The notes beneath the pieces were generated by a model. That model was not told where the DNA came from, ran no database searches, and saw nothing but the letters and a program-made list of their open reading frames with translations. The translations under genes and the position numbers were made by a program. Shown here one piece after another: positions 28,723 to 39,048 of a stretch of DNA of 64,000 nt (its first letter is position 1; each line of letters opens with the position of its first letter). Location: positions 64,001 through 128,000 of the forward strand of contig CAVUZH010000022.1 of NCBI GenBank assembly GCA_963745835.1, read 5' to 3'. This DNA is from an uncultured delta proteobacterium. Its GTDB lineage: Bacteria; Desulfobacterota; Binatia; UBA9968.

Positions 28723-30179
28723 TGGATCAGGTCCGGCAATATTCGCTTCGGCTTCACCTGCTAAGCCTTATCAGTATCCCGATTATTCTCGCCGGGTGTC
28801 TGGTCGGCGCCTTTGCCCTGTGGTCGGCCTATCATGAAATTTCAGAAGTTTACGACGCCCAGCTTTCTCATGCTGCCAAGGTGTTGTTACAACTTACTGA
28901 GCACGAAGTGCGCGAACATGAAAGTTACGAGATCGAACTGGGCGCGGAGCGGCCCGACATCTACCACCGCTACGAAAAAAATATTTCCTTTCGTATCTGG
29001 AAGGGAGATCACCTTGTTACCGAGTCGCAAAATGCTGTCGAATTTGCCGATGTGAACGCACCGCTGGGTTTTTCTGACCAGAAGATTGGCGATGTATGGT
29101 GGCGCTTTTTCGTCTTTGTCGATGATCCTGCCGGCATTACCGTTGAGGTTGCCGAGCGTTATAAAATCAGGGCCGAGCTGATCTTGCAAATTCTGTTCAG
29201 TTTCTTTGCGCCGGCGCTAGTATTTATTCCTTTATTGCTCCTGCTGGTGTGGTGGGGCACAACCCGCAGCCTGCAGCCTTTGCTCGCCGTGTCCGAGGCG
29301 GTTGACAAGCGCGATGCCGGCGATCTGCGCCCGATTGACGCCGCACGTATTCCGAAAGAAATCGTGCCGCTGATGCGAGCCCTGAACCGCCTGCTGCAAA
29401 GGCTCGAAGTGAGCCTGCAGCGCGAGCGGGAATTTACCGACAATGCCGCCCACGAACTGCGTACACCGCTCGCCGTCATGAAGATGCAAACCCAGGTTCT
29501 CTTGAAAAAAGCGGGCGATGTGCCAGCCTGCCGGGAAGGGCTCGACAATCTCGAAGCGGCCATTGATCGCGCCTCGCATCTGGTCACTCAGCTTTTGTCC
29601 TTTGCCAGAATGCAAAGTAGTGATCTTGAATTCCGAGACCTCGACTTCTCCCAACTGGTTGAGAATATCGTTGGGGAATATTCCGCTATCGCTGCTGAGA
29701 AGAAGCAGCAATATGATATAAACATTGCTTCTGGTGTCAGAGTACACGGAAACGAAGACGCTTTAGCGATCATGGTCCGGAACCTTGTCGACAATGCGGT
29801 AAAGTTCACGCCCGGAGAAGGCCGTATCAACATCTGCCTGAAAGAAGACGGGGCATTGTTGGTCGCGGATAGCGGCCCCGGCATTCCTGATAACGAAAAA
29901 AAGAAAGTGCTTGAGCGTTTCACGCGTGGCAGCAAAACGCAGGAAATGGGAAGCGGGCTTGGTCTGGCCATGGTTAAATGGACCTGTGATCTGCATAAAG
30001 CTGAGTTGTCGTTATCCGATAACGAGCCGCACGGGCTCGTCGTCACTGTAAAAATGGAAACTTTGCCTTCCTCCTCAAAAATGGCAGCCATGGACGCTTT
30101 CGCATGTCGAGGTTCCCGAGGTTTACCAGAATTACGCACAGCCAAAATACGAGAAAAAAGCTGTCCAGAAGAAAGTTGA
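28722..30179 (+). CDS. Sensor histidine kinase (QseC-like)
   Basis: EVYD periplasmic motif, HAMP domain, AAHELRTPL, NLVDNA, DSGPG, GSGLGL. The tail after ~30060 looks like read-through into a junction. Confidence 0.93.
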   Translation: MDQVRQYSLRLHLLSLISIPIILAGCLVGAFALWSAYHEISEVYDAQLSHAAKVLLQLTEHEVREHESYEIELGAERPDIYHRYEKNISFRIWKGDHLVTESQNAVEFADVNAPLGFSDQKIGDVWWRFFVFVDDPAGITVEVAERYKIRAELILQILFSFFAPALVFIPLLLLLVWWGTTRSLQPLLAVSEAVDKRDAGDLRPIDAARIPKEIVPLMRALNRLLQRLEVSLQREREFTDNAAHELRTPLAVMKMQTQVLLKKAGDVPACREGLDNLEAAIDRASHLVTQLLSFARMQSSDLEFRDLDFSQLVENIVGEYSAIAAEKKQQYDINIASGVRVHGNEDALAIMVRNLVDNAVKFTPGEGRINICLKEDGALLVADSGPGIPDNEKKKVLERFTRGSKTQEMGSGLGLAMVKWTCDLHKAELSLSDNEPHGLVVTVKMETLPSSSKMAAMDAFACRGSRGLPELRTAKIREKSCPEES

Positions 30180-30199
30180 GTTTGCATTGCCCGGGCCGT

Positions 30200-31190
30200 A
30201 CTTTACCGCCATTGCGATATACTGCAGCATCACGAGGGCGGCCAGCGAATAGCAGAGATACTCGGTGAGTTCAAGTTGTCGCTTCGGCCGCTCCGGGTTA
30301 GCTTGGAAAGGTTCAGGGTGGAATTGATAAAGACACCGTACTGCCGGATGCAATAAGTCGATATTAGAAGACCGAGAATGCTCCAGCCTCTGTCGACTGA
30401 GAAGTCAAGGATCCCATGGAGGACGCATGCTGCTCCAAAGGCGAGAAGAAAATACTGAAGCGGCTTCTTCTGGGCGCGGTACCTGCTATAGAAGAGTCCG
30501 TACATAATTAATGAAGTGAATGTCATGTGCAGGACAACAGCCCCCCAATGCGCGGGAGGAGATTGCTCCGAGTCTCCATTCATAGCCGGGGAGCAGGTTT
30601 TCCATGAAGGCGAAACCGAGCGCCGATATAGAGCCGTAGATGATGTAGTCCAAAGGCTCATCGATCGCACGGGTCAGCCACATGACCAGGAGCACGGGAA
30701 TGATCTTTAACGCTTCCTCAATGAGCCCGACGACTAATACGTAATAAAGGAGATCCTTTTGGTCCGTGCCGTTGGCGCGGGATCCGAAGGCAAAGGCATC
30801 GTAGAGCGGCACTACAAAGCAACAAAAAATCATCCCTCCGGCCAGGACTATTACGGTGTAGCCAAGGCGTTTCGGCTCGAACCCTTCGATCTGCTGCAGA
30901 TAGACAAACCAGGTGCCAAGTATCAGCACGACGCCGAGGAGACCGTAGGCAGTCACGCGGCGGAAAACCGAAGCTTCCCATACGTAGTCTGCATACCTTC
31001 CCTCTCGCAGCGCCAGAAATCGTCGGATACGCGGTGGAAAAGAGTTTTTTGCTTCTGCACGGGCAGCAATTTGCTTGAGATCACTGTACTGCTTTGTGGC
31101 GTAAAATATCTGAGCAAGGCCCGAATAAGCTCCCGCTACATTACCTCCAACCTGGATCTCTCGATGGAAGTATTGCTTCGCCAGATCGAG
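30200..31190 (-). pseudogene. PrsW-family intramembrane metalloprotease, 5'-truncated and frameshifted
   Basis: IEEALK, ALGFAFMEN, LH and LHG..D motifs split over ORFs 30486-31214 and 30230-30670. Confidence 0.75.
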
Positions 31191-31640
31191 ACGACCCGTC
31201 CTGCGATGCCACATTGTTCAATTCGTTTGCTCGATCTGTTTGAGTCTGCGGCTCACCGTTGCATAGTGAACGGCCAATACGCGGCAATCTCATGAAGCCG
31301 GTACCCATGATCGTATGCCTCGGCTATCGCCTTGCATCTGCTTTTTGCAAATAGCCGATCCAGCGACGGCTTGGCCGCTCTTAACTGTACCCGCGGAATT
31401 TCTTAAAGATCCTTGTTAGGACCTGCGTGCTTCTCGATAACGATTCGCTCCCTAAATAGATCTGCCCTCTTAGCTCTTCACAGGGCCGACTCGCCACTCC
31501 GTCCCTAACCAACTCCTAATCCCGCTTCTGCGCTTGTGCCCGTTCTTGCCGATTGCGCCAGGTCCAATCGGTGCTCAGAACCTCCGACACCCCAGCCAGT
31601 CCAGCGGTCGCCGCGTAGTTGCTCCATCTCCAACTCTGAG
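31190..31640 (-). pseudogene. RAYT 3' remnant with right-end REP
   Basis: Minus strand reads WRWSNYAATAGL...EELRGQIYLGSE...EIPRVQLRAAKPSL.RLF...AYDHGYRLHEIAA...VHYATVSRRLKQIEQ* with stops and shifts. Confidence 0.8.
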
Positions 31641-31657
31641 CTCGATCCTCCATTCTC

Positions 31658-32665
31658 CTAACTGAACATTTCCCTGAACTTCTTGCTCCAGCTCTCCAGC
31701 TCTTCTTTACTCGGCAGCCACATTACGACGATTTGGTCGTCTTTTACATCTTTTTTGAACTTGTGGTCGGCCTCGGGGTGGAACACGTACTCGCCGTAAT
31801 TACCGAAGATGGTTTGCGCTTCAGGGCCAACAAAAAAATCCGTGAACAGGCGCGCCGCATTCGGGTGCGGCGCCTGACGGTTGATCGCCACGAAACTCAG
31901 CGAGGACAGGTATTTGTTCATGCGGACGTACTCGATCGGTCCCGGATACTGGTATTTATCTTTGATGTAGCCGAGCGCAACCTGAACCTCTCCGGAAGTC
32001 AGCGGCTGGATCGTATCCGCAAGGCTCCGTCCGACCCGCGGATCGTTTTTCGCCCAGCCTTCGACGACCTTGAGCCATTTCGGGCCGATGAGCTTGTCGA
32101 GGTTGAGAACGAACTGCAGTGTGGTCACGTGGATCCCAGGATTGGCCATGCCGAACTTGCCCTTCCACTTGGGATCTACCAGTTCTTCCCAGGTCTTCGG
32201 CGCCTCCGACGCTTTCAAGAGCTGATGGTTGAAGTTGATGCCGTATGGGAGCACCCGCCAGGGCGTCATTTTTTTGTCCGCATCGAGAAACTGCTTGGGA
32301 TAGCCTTTTGCCGCTGGTGGCTCGAATACAGCAAAGAGATTTTTCTCATCGAGGCTGGCCATGACGACTTCATTGCCGAGGGTCACGTCAAATCCTGGCT
32401 TGCCCGCCCGCGCCTCGGCTAGCGAACGATTGATCAGCTCAGTCGCATCGCCGCGCCAGTGGCGCAATTTGATGCCGTATTTCTTCTCGAAGGCATCGCC
32501 GATGGCTTTCGATGAACTGACGGTGATGGCGCCGTAGAACATCACCTCGCCTTCCTTCTTCGCCGCTTCGATCAGCTCCGGCGTGATCTGCGCCAGAACC
32601 GTGATGGGTAACGTAAAAACAAGCACGGCGATCGTCAGCGCCGCCCGCAAAACACGTTGCAACAT
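31658..32665 (-). CDS. ABC substrate-binding protein (Fe/polyamine-type)
   Basis: AAKKEGEV, PKTWEELVDPKWKG, APHPNAARLF. Confidence 0.85.
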   Translation of the reverse strand: MLQRVLRAALTIAVLVFTLPITVLAQITPELIEAAKKEGEVMFYGAITVSSSKAIGDAFEKKYGIKLRHWRGDATELINRSLAEARAGKPGFDVTLGNEVVMASLDEKNLFAVFEPPAAKGYPKQFLDADKKMTPWRVLPYGINFNHQLLKASEAPKTWEELVDPKWKGKFGMANPGIHVTTLQFVLNLDKLIGPKWLKVVEGWAKNDPRVGRSLADTIQPLTSGEVQVALGYIKDKYQYPGPIEYVRMNKYLSSLSFVAINRQAPHPNAARLFTDFFVGPEAQTIFGNYGEYVFHPEADHKFKKDVKDDQIVVMWLPSKEELESWSKKFREMFS

Positions 32666-32769
32666 TCTCTCCTCCTCGAAGGTCTGAATCTCTTGTATCC
32701 CCGACGGTTTAGCGAATCAACGTCGGCCTCTCGAAGGAGCCTGCTAGATGATGATTATCGGACCACGGC

Positions 32770-32912
32770 AACTTCTTGATTTAACAACATGCCGCGAGCA
32801 AACCGTCATTTTCTCACTGGTTGTGTTTTGGCATATCGCTCATCAATGCAGAGAAGACAGTTGCAATCGTTCCAAATGTTCCATCGCAATCGCTGCGCTC
32901 GTTTCAAGCTGT
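32770..32912 (+). repeat. RAYT-derived miniature element (second RAYT family 5' stub plus GTTCCAA repeats)
   Basis: ATG 32789 reads MPRANRHFL.G.V(W)HI.H.C, then cagttgcaatcgttccaaatgttcc; homologous to 39855-40065. Confidence 0.65.
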
Positions 32913-33353
32913 TGAAGACAATGGGTTGGGAGGAGAATCGCGTTTGATCTCACCAAGGCGTTTGCCTGAGAGAGAAGTTTAACCGGCTGGGATGGGATAG
33001 TGAGCCTCGATGCGGTTGACTTAGAACATATGGTCCGATTGGCGGCTATCCCGTCCCTGATCACATAGACAACTCGGCGTTGCTGTGATTCGATGGGTAC
33101 GCCACGCCGTGAGCCACAATTGGGTTGGCCCCCGAACAGGGAGTGCCATAGGATCTGTGATCCTATAACCGTTGGACGCGGCGTGGTACCGATCGTTTTC
33201 TGGGGCTTTCGAGGTAGATATGAAAGCCATTAGATTGGCTTTATACGGCAGCCAACCAAGAAGACAAATGGTCTTGTGCAGTCCTTCAGACGACTGACTT
33301 CTTGCAGGTTGTCTCGTATCGGTGTCAGTATGGTACGCTCATAGGGTTACCAC

Positions 33354-34355
33354 ATGATTGCAACTGAGATTAAAAATATGTCGGGAGGAGTCGAATTCGG
33401 AGTCCTCCTCCACACACGGCATTTGATTCGCGACGACGGGATGGAGCCTGGATTTGAGACCATGTGGGAAGAGGCCGCGCTTGCTGAAAAGCTCGGCATG
33501 GATCACGTGTGGATTGGCGATAGCGTGACGGTATTAGACAGGGCGAGGGGTGATTGTCTAGCCTTGATGGCTTCCCTTGCAATGAAAACAAACCGCATCA
33601 AAGTGGGCACGGTGCCTCTTCTTCCCGCCTTGCGCTCCCCGGTATTGCTAGCCCACACTCTGGCGACGCTTGACGTGATCTCACAGGGTCGTGTCCTAAT
33701 TGGCGCCAGTGTCGCGCCCTCCTTACCCTATATACAGCATCAGTTCGAAGCATGCAGCGTTCCGTATTCCGAAAAGGCCGGTCGACTTAGCGAGTCGATC
33801 CAAATCATGAAGCGGTTGTGGACAGAAAAAACGGTAAGCTTCGAAGGCAAATATCACAAGCTCCAGGATGTCGGCATACTACCTCATCCCATTCAAAAGC
33901 CGAGCATCCCAGTATGGATAACCGCAGACCGTAGCGAAAACGCTTTCAAGCGCGTCGCGCGCTTGGCCGACGGTTGGTTCACGTCGGGCTCTCGCCCAGT
34001 AGAGAAATTCGCGATAAACCGGAATAAAATTCAGGCTTACGCGGAAACCTATGGCAGACGAAATTGGGATTTGCCATCGGCTATCTATGCCACGTTCAAT
34101 CTGAATACAAACCGGGAAAAGGCGATGGAAGAGGGGTGGAAGTGGGTGGTGGATTTTTTTCGTCAGCCGAAGGCGAATTTGAATCATCTCTTTACTATCT
34201 TTGGAACACCAGACGACTGCGTCGAACTTCTCCGAACGTATGTAGATGCGGGGCTAACAGTAATCGTTGCCCGTTTGGCTTCTTCTGATGTTGAAAGACA
34301 AATGCGACTGTTGCTTGAGGAAGTGAAGCCTCGGCTGAAATCCGGAGTTGTATAG
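33354..34355 (+). CDS. Luciferase-like (LLM) flavin-dependent oxidoreductase
   Basis: DHVWIGDS, P.LLAHTLATLD.ISQGR, RVARLADGW. Confidence 0.88.
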   Translation: MIATEIKNMSGGVEFGVLLHTRHLIRDDGMEPGFETMWEEAALAEKLGMDHVWIGDSVTVLDRARGDCLALMASLAMKTNRIKVGTVPLLPALRSPVLLAHTLATLDVISQGRVLIGASVAPSLPYIQHQFEACSVPYSEKAGRLSESIQIMKRLWTEKTVSFEGKYHKLQDVGILPHPIQKPSIPVWITADRSENAFKRVARLADGWFTSGSRPVEKFAINRNKIQAYAETYGRRNWDLPSAIYATFNLNTNREKAMEEGWKWVVDFFRQPKANLNHLFTIFGTPDDCVELLRTYVDAGLTVIVARLASSDVERQMRLLLEEVKPRLKSGVV

Positions 34356-34503
34356 TTCGGCGCTCGTCACGAAAGAACGCAGAGCGTTGATTAGAAGCTT
34401 TCTATGGGAAAACGCGGTCTCTAGGTAGTCTACGCCCATTGACCGGTTTGAAAGAATGAGATTGTCACGGATGCAATTTCTTTAGAATAAAAAGGAGTGA
34501 GCT

Positions 34504-35358
34504 ATGAGTAAATCAACCCCTAGCGTTGTCCGAATCGATCACGGAGTTATTCCGACCAACGATTTGGGAAAGTCACTGTCTTTTTTTACCGATGTCCTGG
34601 GCGCGCGGTTTAATGCTCTCGTAAATGTCAACCTGCGTGGGCTTAATCGTGAAGTTCCGGAGATGGCATTCTTTACGTTAGCAAACCACCGAGGATTCGG
34701 TCTGTCGCTCGAAGATCAACCGATTCCGCCGACGATTCGTCCTTTAGAAGGACCTGTATGGGGATTCGAGGTCGATGACCGCGGTTTGGCAGGTGTAATC
34801 GCTGCTTTAAACCAGCGAAAGATCGCTTATGAGGGACCCATAGAATATGCGCAGCCTAGTCCGATTGCCGCGTCCCTCTTCATACGAGATATCCATGATT
34901 TCAACTACGAGTTTTCGGTACGGCGTGACGGACAAAAGAGCACTGACGCCGGTCAGGGAGACTTGGGACTTCGTCGCATCAACCATGTCCGACTCGAGGT
35001 GACGGATTTACCGCTTGCGGAGAGTTGGTACCTGGATACGCTCGGTTTGAGTCGAACCGACCCGGTACCAGGGGATCGCCAAGCATCACTGGTGGTAGCG
35101 GAGACGGGGCAGATGTTTATCCTTCATGAAGTGTCGCAGATGACGCAACGAAGCCACTACTGCCGTGGCCCTCACGTGGATGTCAAGGTTCCTATTGGGT
35201 CATTTGAGGCGTTCGTCTCGAAATTAACCAACGTTGAGAAATACTGGGGTCCGTTCGGCAATCGCATCCCGTGGCATGAACCAAATACGCAGACGGTTTA
35301 TTTCTACGATCCATTCGGCAATCGTCTGCAGGTGAGTGAAAATAGACCACATCATTGA
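34504..35358 (+). CDS. VOC-family (extradiol dioxygenase-like) protein
   Basis: IDHGVIP..DL, INHVRLEVTDL, YFYDPFGNRLQ. Confidence 0.75.
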   Translation: MSKSTPSVVRIDHGVIPTNDLGKSLSFFTDVLGARFNALVNVNLRGLNREVPEMAFFTLANHRGFGLSLEDQPIPPTIRPLEGPVWGFEVDDRGLAGVIAALNQRKIAYEGPIEYAQPSPIAASLFIRDIHDFNYEFSVRRDGQKSTDAGQGDLGLRRINHVRLEVTDLPLAESWYLDTLGLSRTDPVPGDRQASLVVAETGQMFILHEVSQMTQRSHYCRGPHVDVKVPIGSFEAFVSKLTNVEKYWGPFGNRIPWHEPNTQTVYFYDPFGNRLQVSENRPHH

Positions 35359-35584
35359 AACTGCGCGATCATTGCTGCTATGCCGCAGGCTGTTGGAGCA
35401 CGCTTATCATCGGGATAATGGCTGAAGCCGTCGCTTTTACAACGGGTCTAATTCTTTAATTTTCCAGTTCAGCACCAAGAACGATTAGCTCGTTCTCGTG
35501 CTGGTAGATTCAGGTGCTTAGCTGTTCCCTACCATTGTGTGGCAACATGGCGCTTTTGCGGGAAGACTAAAAAGGAGAAGAACT

Positions 35585-36697
35585 ATGATTAGCAGTCCGA
35601 TTTCCGACATGATGCTCGGAGTCAAAAACATGATTGAGGCGGCGGATATCCGGACCGGAGACCAAGTGTTACTTTTGGCAGACCGTCGAAGCGACCCCGT
35701 GAGTATCGAAGCTCTCACTGCAGGGCTCAAGATGCACGGTGCCATCCCGATGTCGTTAATTACTGAACCGATTTCCCGCTACGGGCATGTTCCCGACGCG
35801 GTGCTACAAGCCATGCATGCCTCGGACGTCGCTATATGGGTTTGGCCAGTTTTCATCACCTTCACCCCAAAGCATCGAGCGATGGGTCGGCAGCGCGAAG
35901 AAAGCGGCACCCAGCTCAAGGAGCGAAGGCTAAAACCGTACTTCGTTTACTTCGAGGGCACTCCCGGTCTCTTGGCGCGCGATTATGCGAAATTTCCTAA
36001 CAAGGTTATGTGGAAGTTGGCTGAAAAAGTACGGGAGGTGGTTGCCTCTGGCCGCGTGGTTAGAGTCGAAGACGATCTGGGTACTAAATTGACTGCTACC
36101 TACGACGGCAAACGCCTTTATGGCATGCAGTTTCGCGCCGGCGATCCACCGGGCCGCTGCCATTTTCCGTGGGGTCGTTGCGGCGTTTTCAATGGCGACG
36201 GAAACGCAGATGGAGAACTCTATTTAAGTTGCGTCCAGGGTGTGGCCGGCATGCTATCCGAGCCAATGCGCTGGAAGGTCAAGAACAGCTGGGTGGTGGA
36301 AGTTGACGGTGGAGGAGAGATCGGAGAGGAATGCCGCAGACTCTTTGAAGAGGTTCCGGGATCAAATCGTTTGATCGAAATTATGTTCGGCTATCACCCT
36401 AAGGCTTCGATTGCCCACGGGATCGACGATCCGATGCACTGGGAACTCATTAGCAAGATGCCTTGGGCTGGTCTAGGTACCGACCGCAAACACCCGAACT
36501 TTCGACATGTGGACGGCTCGGTCATGAACGCTCGCCTTTACATCGACAATCGGCTCGTTGTTGACAAGTACGGGATGCTCGATCGGTCGCTGCTGCATCA
36601 TCCGGAAGTAATCGAAGCGGCTAGTCAATATGGAGATCCCTATCAAGTGCTCGCACCGGTTTCACATGAAGCACACGGATCGAATACATTATGGTGA
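35585..36697 (+). CDS. Hypothetical protein, M29 aminopeptidase/NicX-like fold
   Basis: GDQVLLLAD, GTKLT, EIMFG.HPKA, H.DG.V....LYID pattern; family call tentative. Confidence 0.55.
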   Translation: MISSPISDMMLGVKNMIEAADIRTGDQVLLLADRRSDPVSIEALTAGLKMHGAIPMSLITEPISRYGHVPDAVLQAMHASDVAIWVWPVFITFTPKHRAMGRQREESGTQLKERRLKPYFVYFEGTPGLLARDYAKFPNKVMWKLAEKVREVVASGRVVRVEDDLGTKLTATYDGKRLYGMQFRAGDPPGRCHFPWGRCGVFNGDGNADGELYLSCVQGVAGMLSEPMRWKVKNSWVVEVDGGGEIGEECRRLFEEVPGSNRLIEIMFGYHPKASIAHGIDDPMHWELISKMPWAGLGTDRKHPNFRHVDGSVMNARLYIDNRLVVDKYGMLDRSLLHHPEVIEAASQYGDPYQVLAPVSHEAHGSNTLW

Positions 36698-36875
36698 TGG
36701 CAGGTTTTTCGGGTGTGCGATTAGGAAAAAAATGTAACGGAAAATGCCTGGACAGATGTTGTCACGACCGCTGGTGATAAGATCGATGTTTAAAACTGCA
36801 GCAAGATAATCTTACGTGATCGATCCCTCGCCAATCCATTCCTGAAAAAGCTCAGAATGAGAAAGTGAGTGACAG

Positions 36876-37862
36876 GTGCTGAACATTCGAACTGACGTCG
36901 CGCGCCGAGTTGTTGCCGCATCGCTGATCTTCGCATGGCTCGGCTCCACTCATGCCGAAGAAGTCAGCGTGTCTTATGCTACGTTCACTGCGTCCTACAT
37001 GGACCATTTGGTTGCGTTCGAAAGAGGTTATTTCACCGAAGAGGGATTGACTCTGAATAGGATTATAGTGGGTGGCGGAATTGCAACCCAAACTCTTGTC
37101 GCCAACAAATTGGATTTCAGCTCCTCTGGCAGTTCGGCCATAAGCGCGGCCATCCGCGGCGGACCTGTCAAGGTTATTTATACCAACCTTTCACGACCCG
37201 GGTATAAACTGGTGACGAACAAACTTGAAATTCGGACAATGCAAGACCTGATCGGTAGAAAGATTGCGATTAACACCCACGGAGATACGGGTCACCTCGC
37301 AACGCTTTTGCTGCTAAAAAAACATCACATCAATCCTAAATCCGTTTTGTTCATCGCCGTGCGCAGTAATGATGCAAAGCTTCCTGCGTTTCTCGCAGGT
37401 GCGGTCGATGCCGCGCCACTGACTGCCGGGGAAATTACCAAGATAGGCCCGGACAAAGGGCGAATTTTTGCTGATTTTCGCACGGAAATACAGATGGTGT
37501 ACACCGGTGTGGCGGTTTCCAACCGGTTTCTAGCGGAAAGACCGATGACTGTGGAACGCTTTATGCGCGGGCTGGCAAAAGGGCGCGAACATGCGAGACG
37601 TTTCAAGGAGCAGACGGTCGCCATTGTCTCTAAACATAATCCGCTGCCGGTGGAAGCCTTGTCGCTCGATTATGACATCGCGCTGGGCAGCATGACCGAG
37701 GAGGGATGGATTAGTGATGAGACGCTTAACGAAGAAGTAAAGACCCGTGCTGAGTTGGTTAATGCTACCCAAGTTCCGGATGTGAGAACTATTTTCGACT
37801 ATACTCCGATCAAAAAGGCATATGCAGACTTGAAGAAAGAGGGATGGAAGCCGATGCGATGA
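36876..37862 (+). CDS. ABC substrate-binding protein, NMT1/SsuA family
   Basis: Signal peptide; GYFTEEGL, DLIGRKIA, AGAVDAA. Confidence 0.85.
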   Translation: MLNIRTDVARRVVAASLIFAWLGSTHAEEVSVSYATFTASYMDHLVAFERGYFTEEGLTLNRIIVGGGIATQTLVANKLDFSSSGSSAISAAIRGGPVKVIYTNLSRPGYKLVTNKLEIRTMQDLIGRKIAINTHGDTGHLATLLLLKKHHINPKSVLFIAVRSNDAKLPAFLAGAVDAAPLTAGEITKIGPDKGRIFADFRTEIQMVYTGVAVSNRFLAERPMTVERFMRGLAKGREHARRFKEQTVAIVSKHNPLPVEALSLDYDIALGSMTEEGWISDETLNEEVKTRAELVNATQVPDVRTIFDYTPIKKAYADLKKEGWKPMR

Positions 37863-38199
37863 CCCATAAGCAATTCCGTCCAATGCTCGCCGCGTCAGCA
37901 ACGTTCTTTTCGCAATCGGTGCCTCTTCCTCGTTCTTAGCCTATGACAAAACAAATTTTTGTTCGCTAGTTGCGCGAATCGTAAAAACCCGCACACAAGG
38001 AGATTGCTCTTGCAGCGCAATCGATGATGCCGTGTGACCGTAAGTATGACTTCTCCTATCACACAGACGCCTTTCTATTTCATAGCCGATTCATAATACC
38101 TGGTGTCGACTATCCTCTCGCGGTGGCAAAACGCCTTGAAAGGAATCCTTCCCTGAGCAACCATTCTGCGGCTATCTGGAGCACCGCTGTATTAAGCTT

Positions 38200-38745
38200 G
38201 GCAAGTTATAAATCTTTTGCTGGATCGAGCCTCCAAGGCCCATCGCATCGTCTTGTCGTCAAATTTCGTGATGAGGCCCAATATCCGGACCGCATCTTCA
38301 CAATTGGCTCTGTCGTAAAGCGCACTGGGTCGCGCGGTGAACGGCTCTCACGTACTTCACGATGATCTCTCTATTAACGGCGGCCCAGTTTCTCCTGATG
38401 ACAACACACGTCCATGGGAATGTCTCCCAATCGGCAGGAGACGCGACTATTTTCATCCCCGCTTCTTGGGCCTAAAAGCATAGGCCGTCGACAATACAGT
38501 CGCGCTGATTTGTCCGGTTTGAAGCGCCGCAAAAGCGATCACGAGACCCGCCAATCTTACGAAACTTGATGGTGTGGGCGTCCATCCCGTTTTTGGCAAG
38601 AAATTGTTTGGTCAAGAATTGGTCGGTCGACGGAATTTTCCAAACACCTATCGTTTTTCTTTGAGCTCGCCACAGTCTCGACACCGGGCGCAAGAATCAT
38701 AAACTGGGAGGGCCGTCGGCTGAGATCATAAACAGTGTGACAAGG
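38200..38745 (-). pseudogene. Decayed NMT1-type SBP gene
   Basis: Fragments KTIGV, FLAKNGMD, IGGSRDRF/AALQTGQISATVL across frameshifts; boundaries approximate. Confidence 0.6.
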
Positions 38746-38749
38746 TCAT

Positions 38750-38862
38750 GGTGTCAGGTTTTCGTATTGCGTATTGTGATAATTCAACGACCGTTTCCTC
38801 CACCAATGTCAAACAGGTGGTGGCGCCGCGAAGTTTCCCCGGAGCCGCAACTTAGCGACAGA
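38750..38862. repeat. ~113-bp repeat family B, copy 1
   Basis: Aligns with 41081-41194 (ttcgtatt.cgtattgtgataat.caacgaccgtttcc...agtttccccggagccgca). Confidence 0.85.
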
Positions 38863-39048
38863 CTTCCACTATATTCGATTGTAGAAGGCAACCGCATTGC
38901 CTAGGTTACGGGAGGGGAATCGTGGCTCGTCAGAGTGTAAAGATAGAAACCCGCATGCTGGAGCATCAGGTGAAAACAGAGGCAAAGTGCCTGGGATTTA
39001 CTTTGCCGGCATTAATTTAGTATGGACTTCATAAACTGAGCCCTCATC

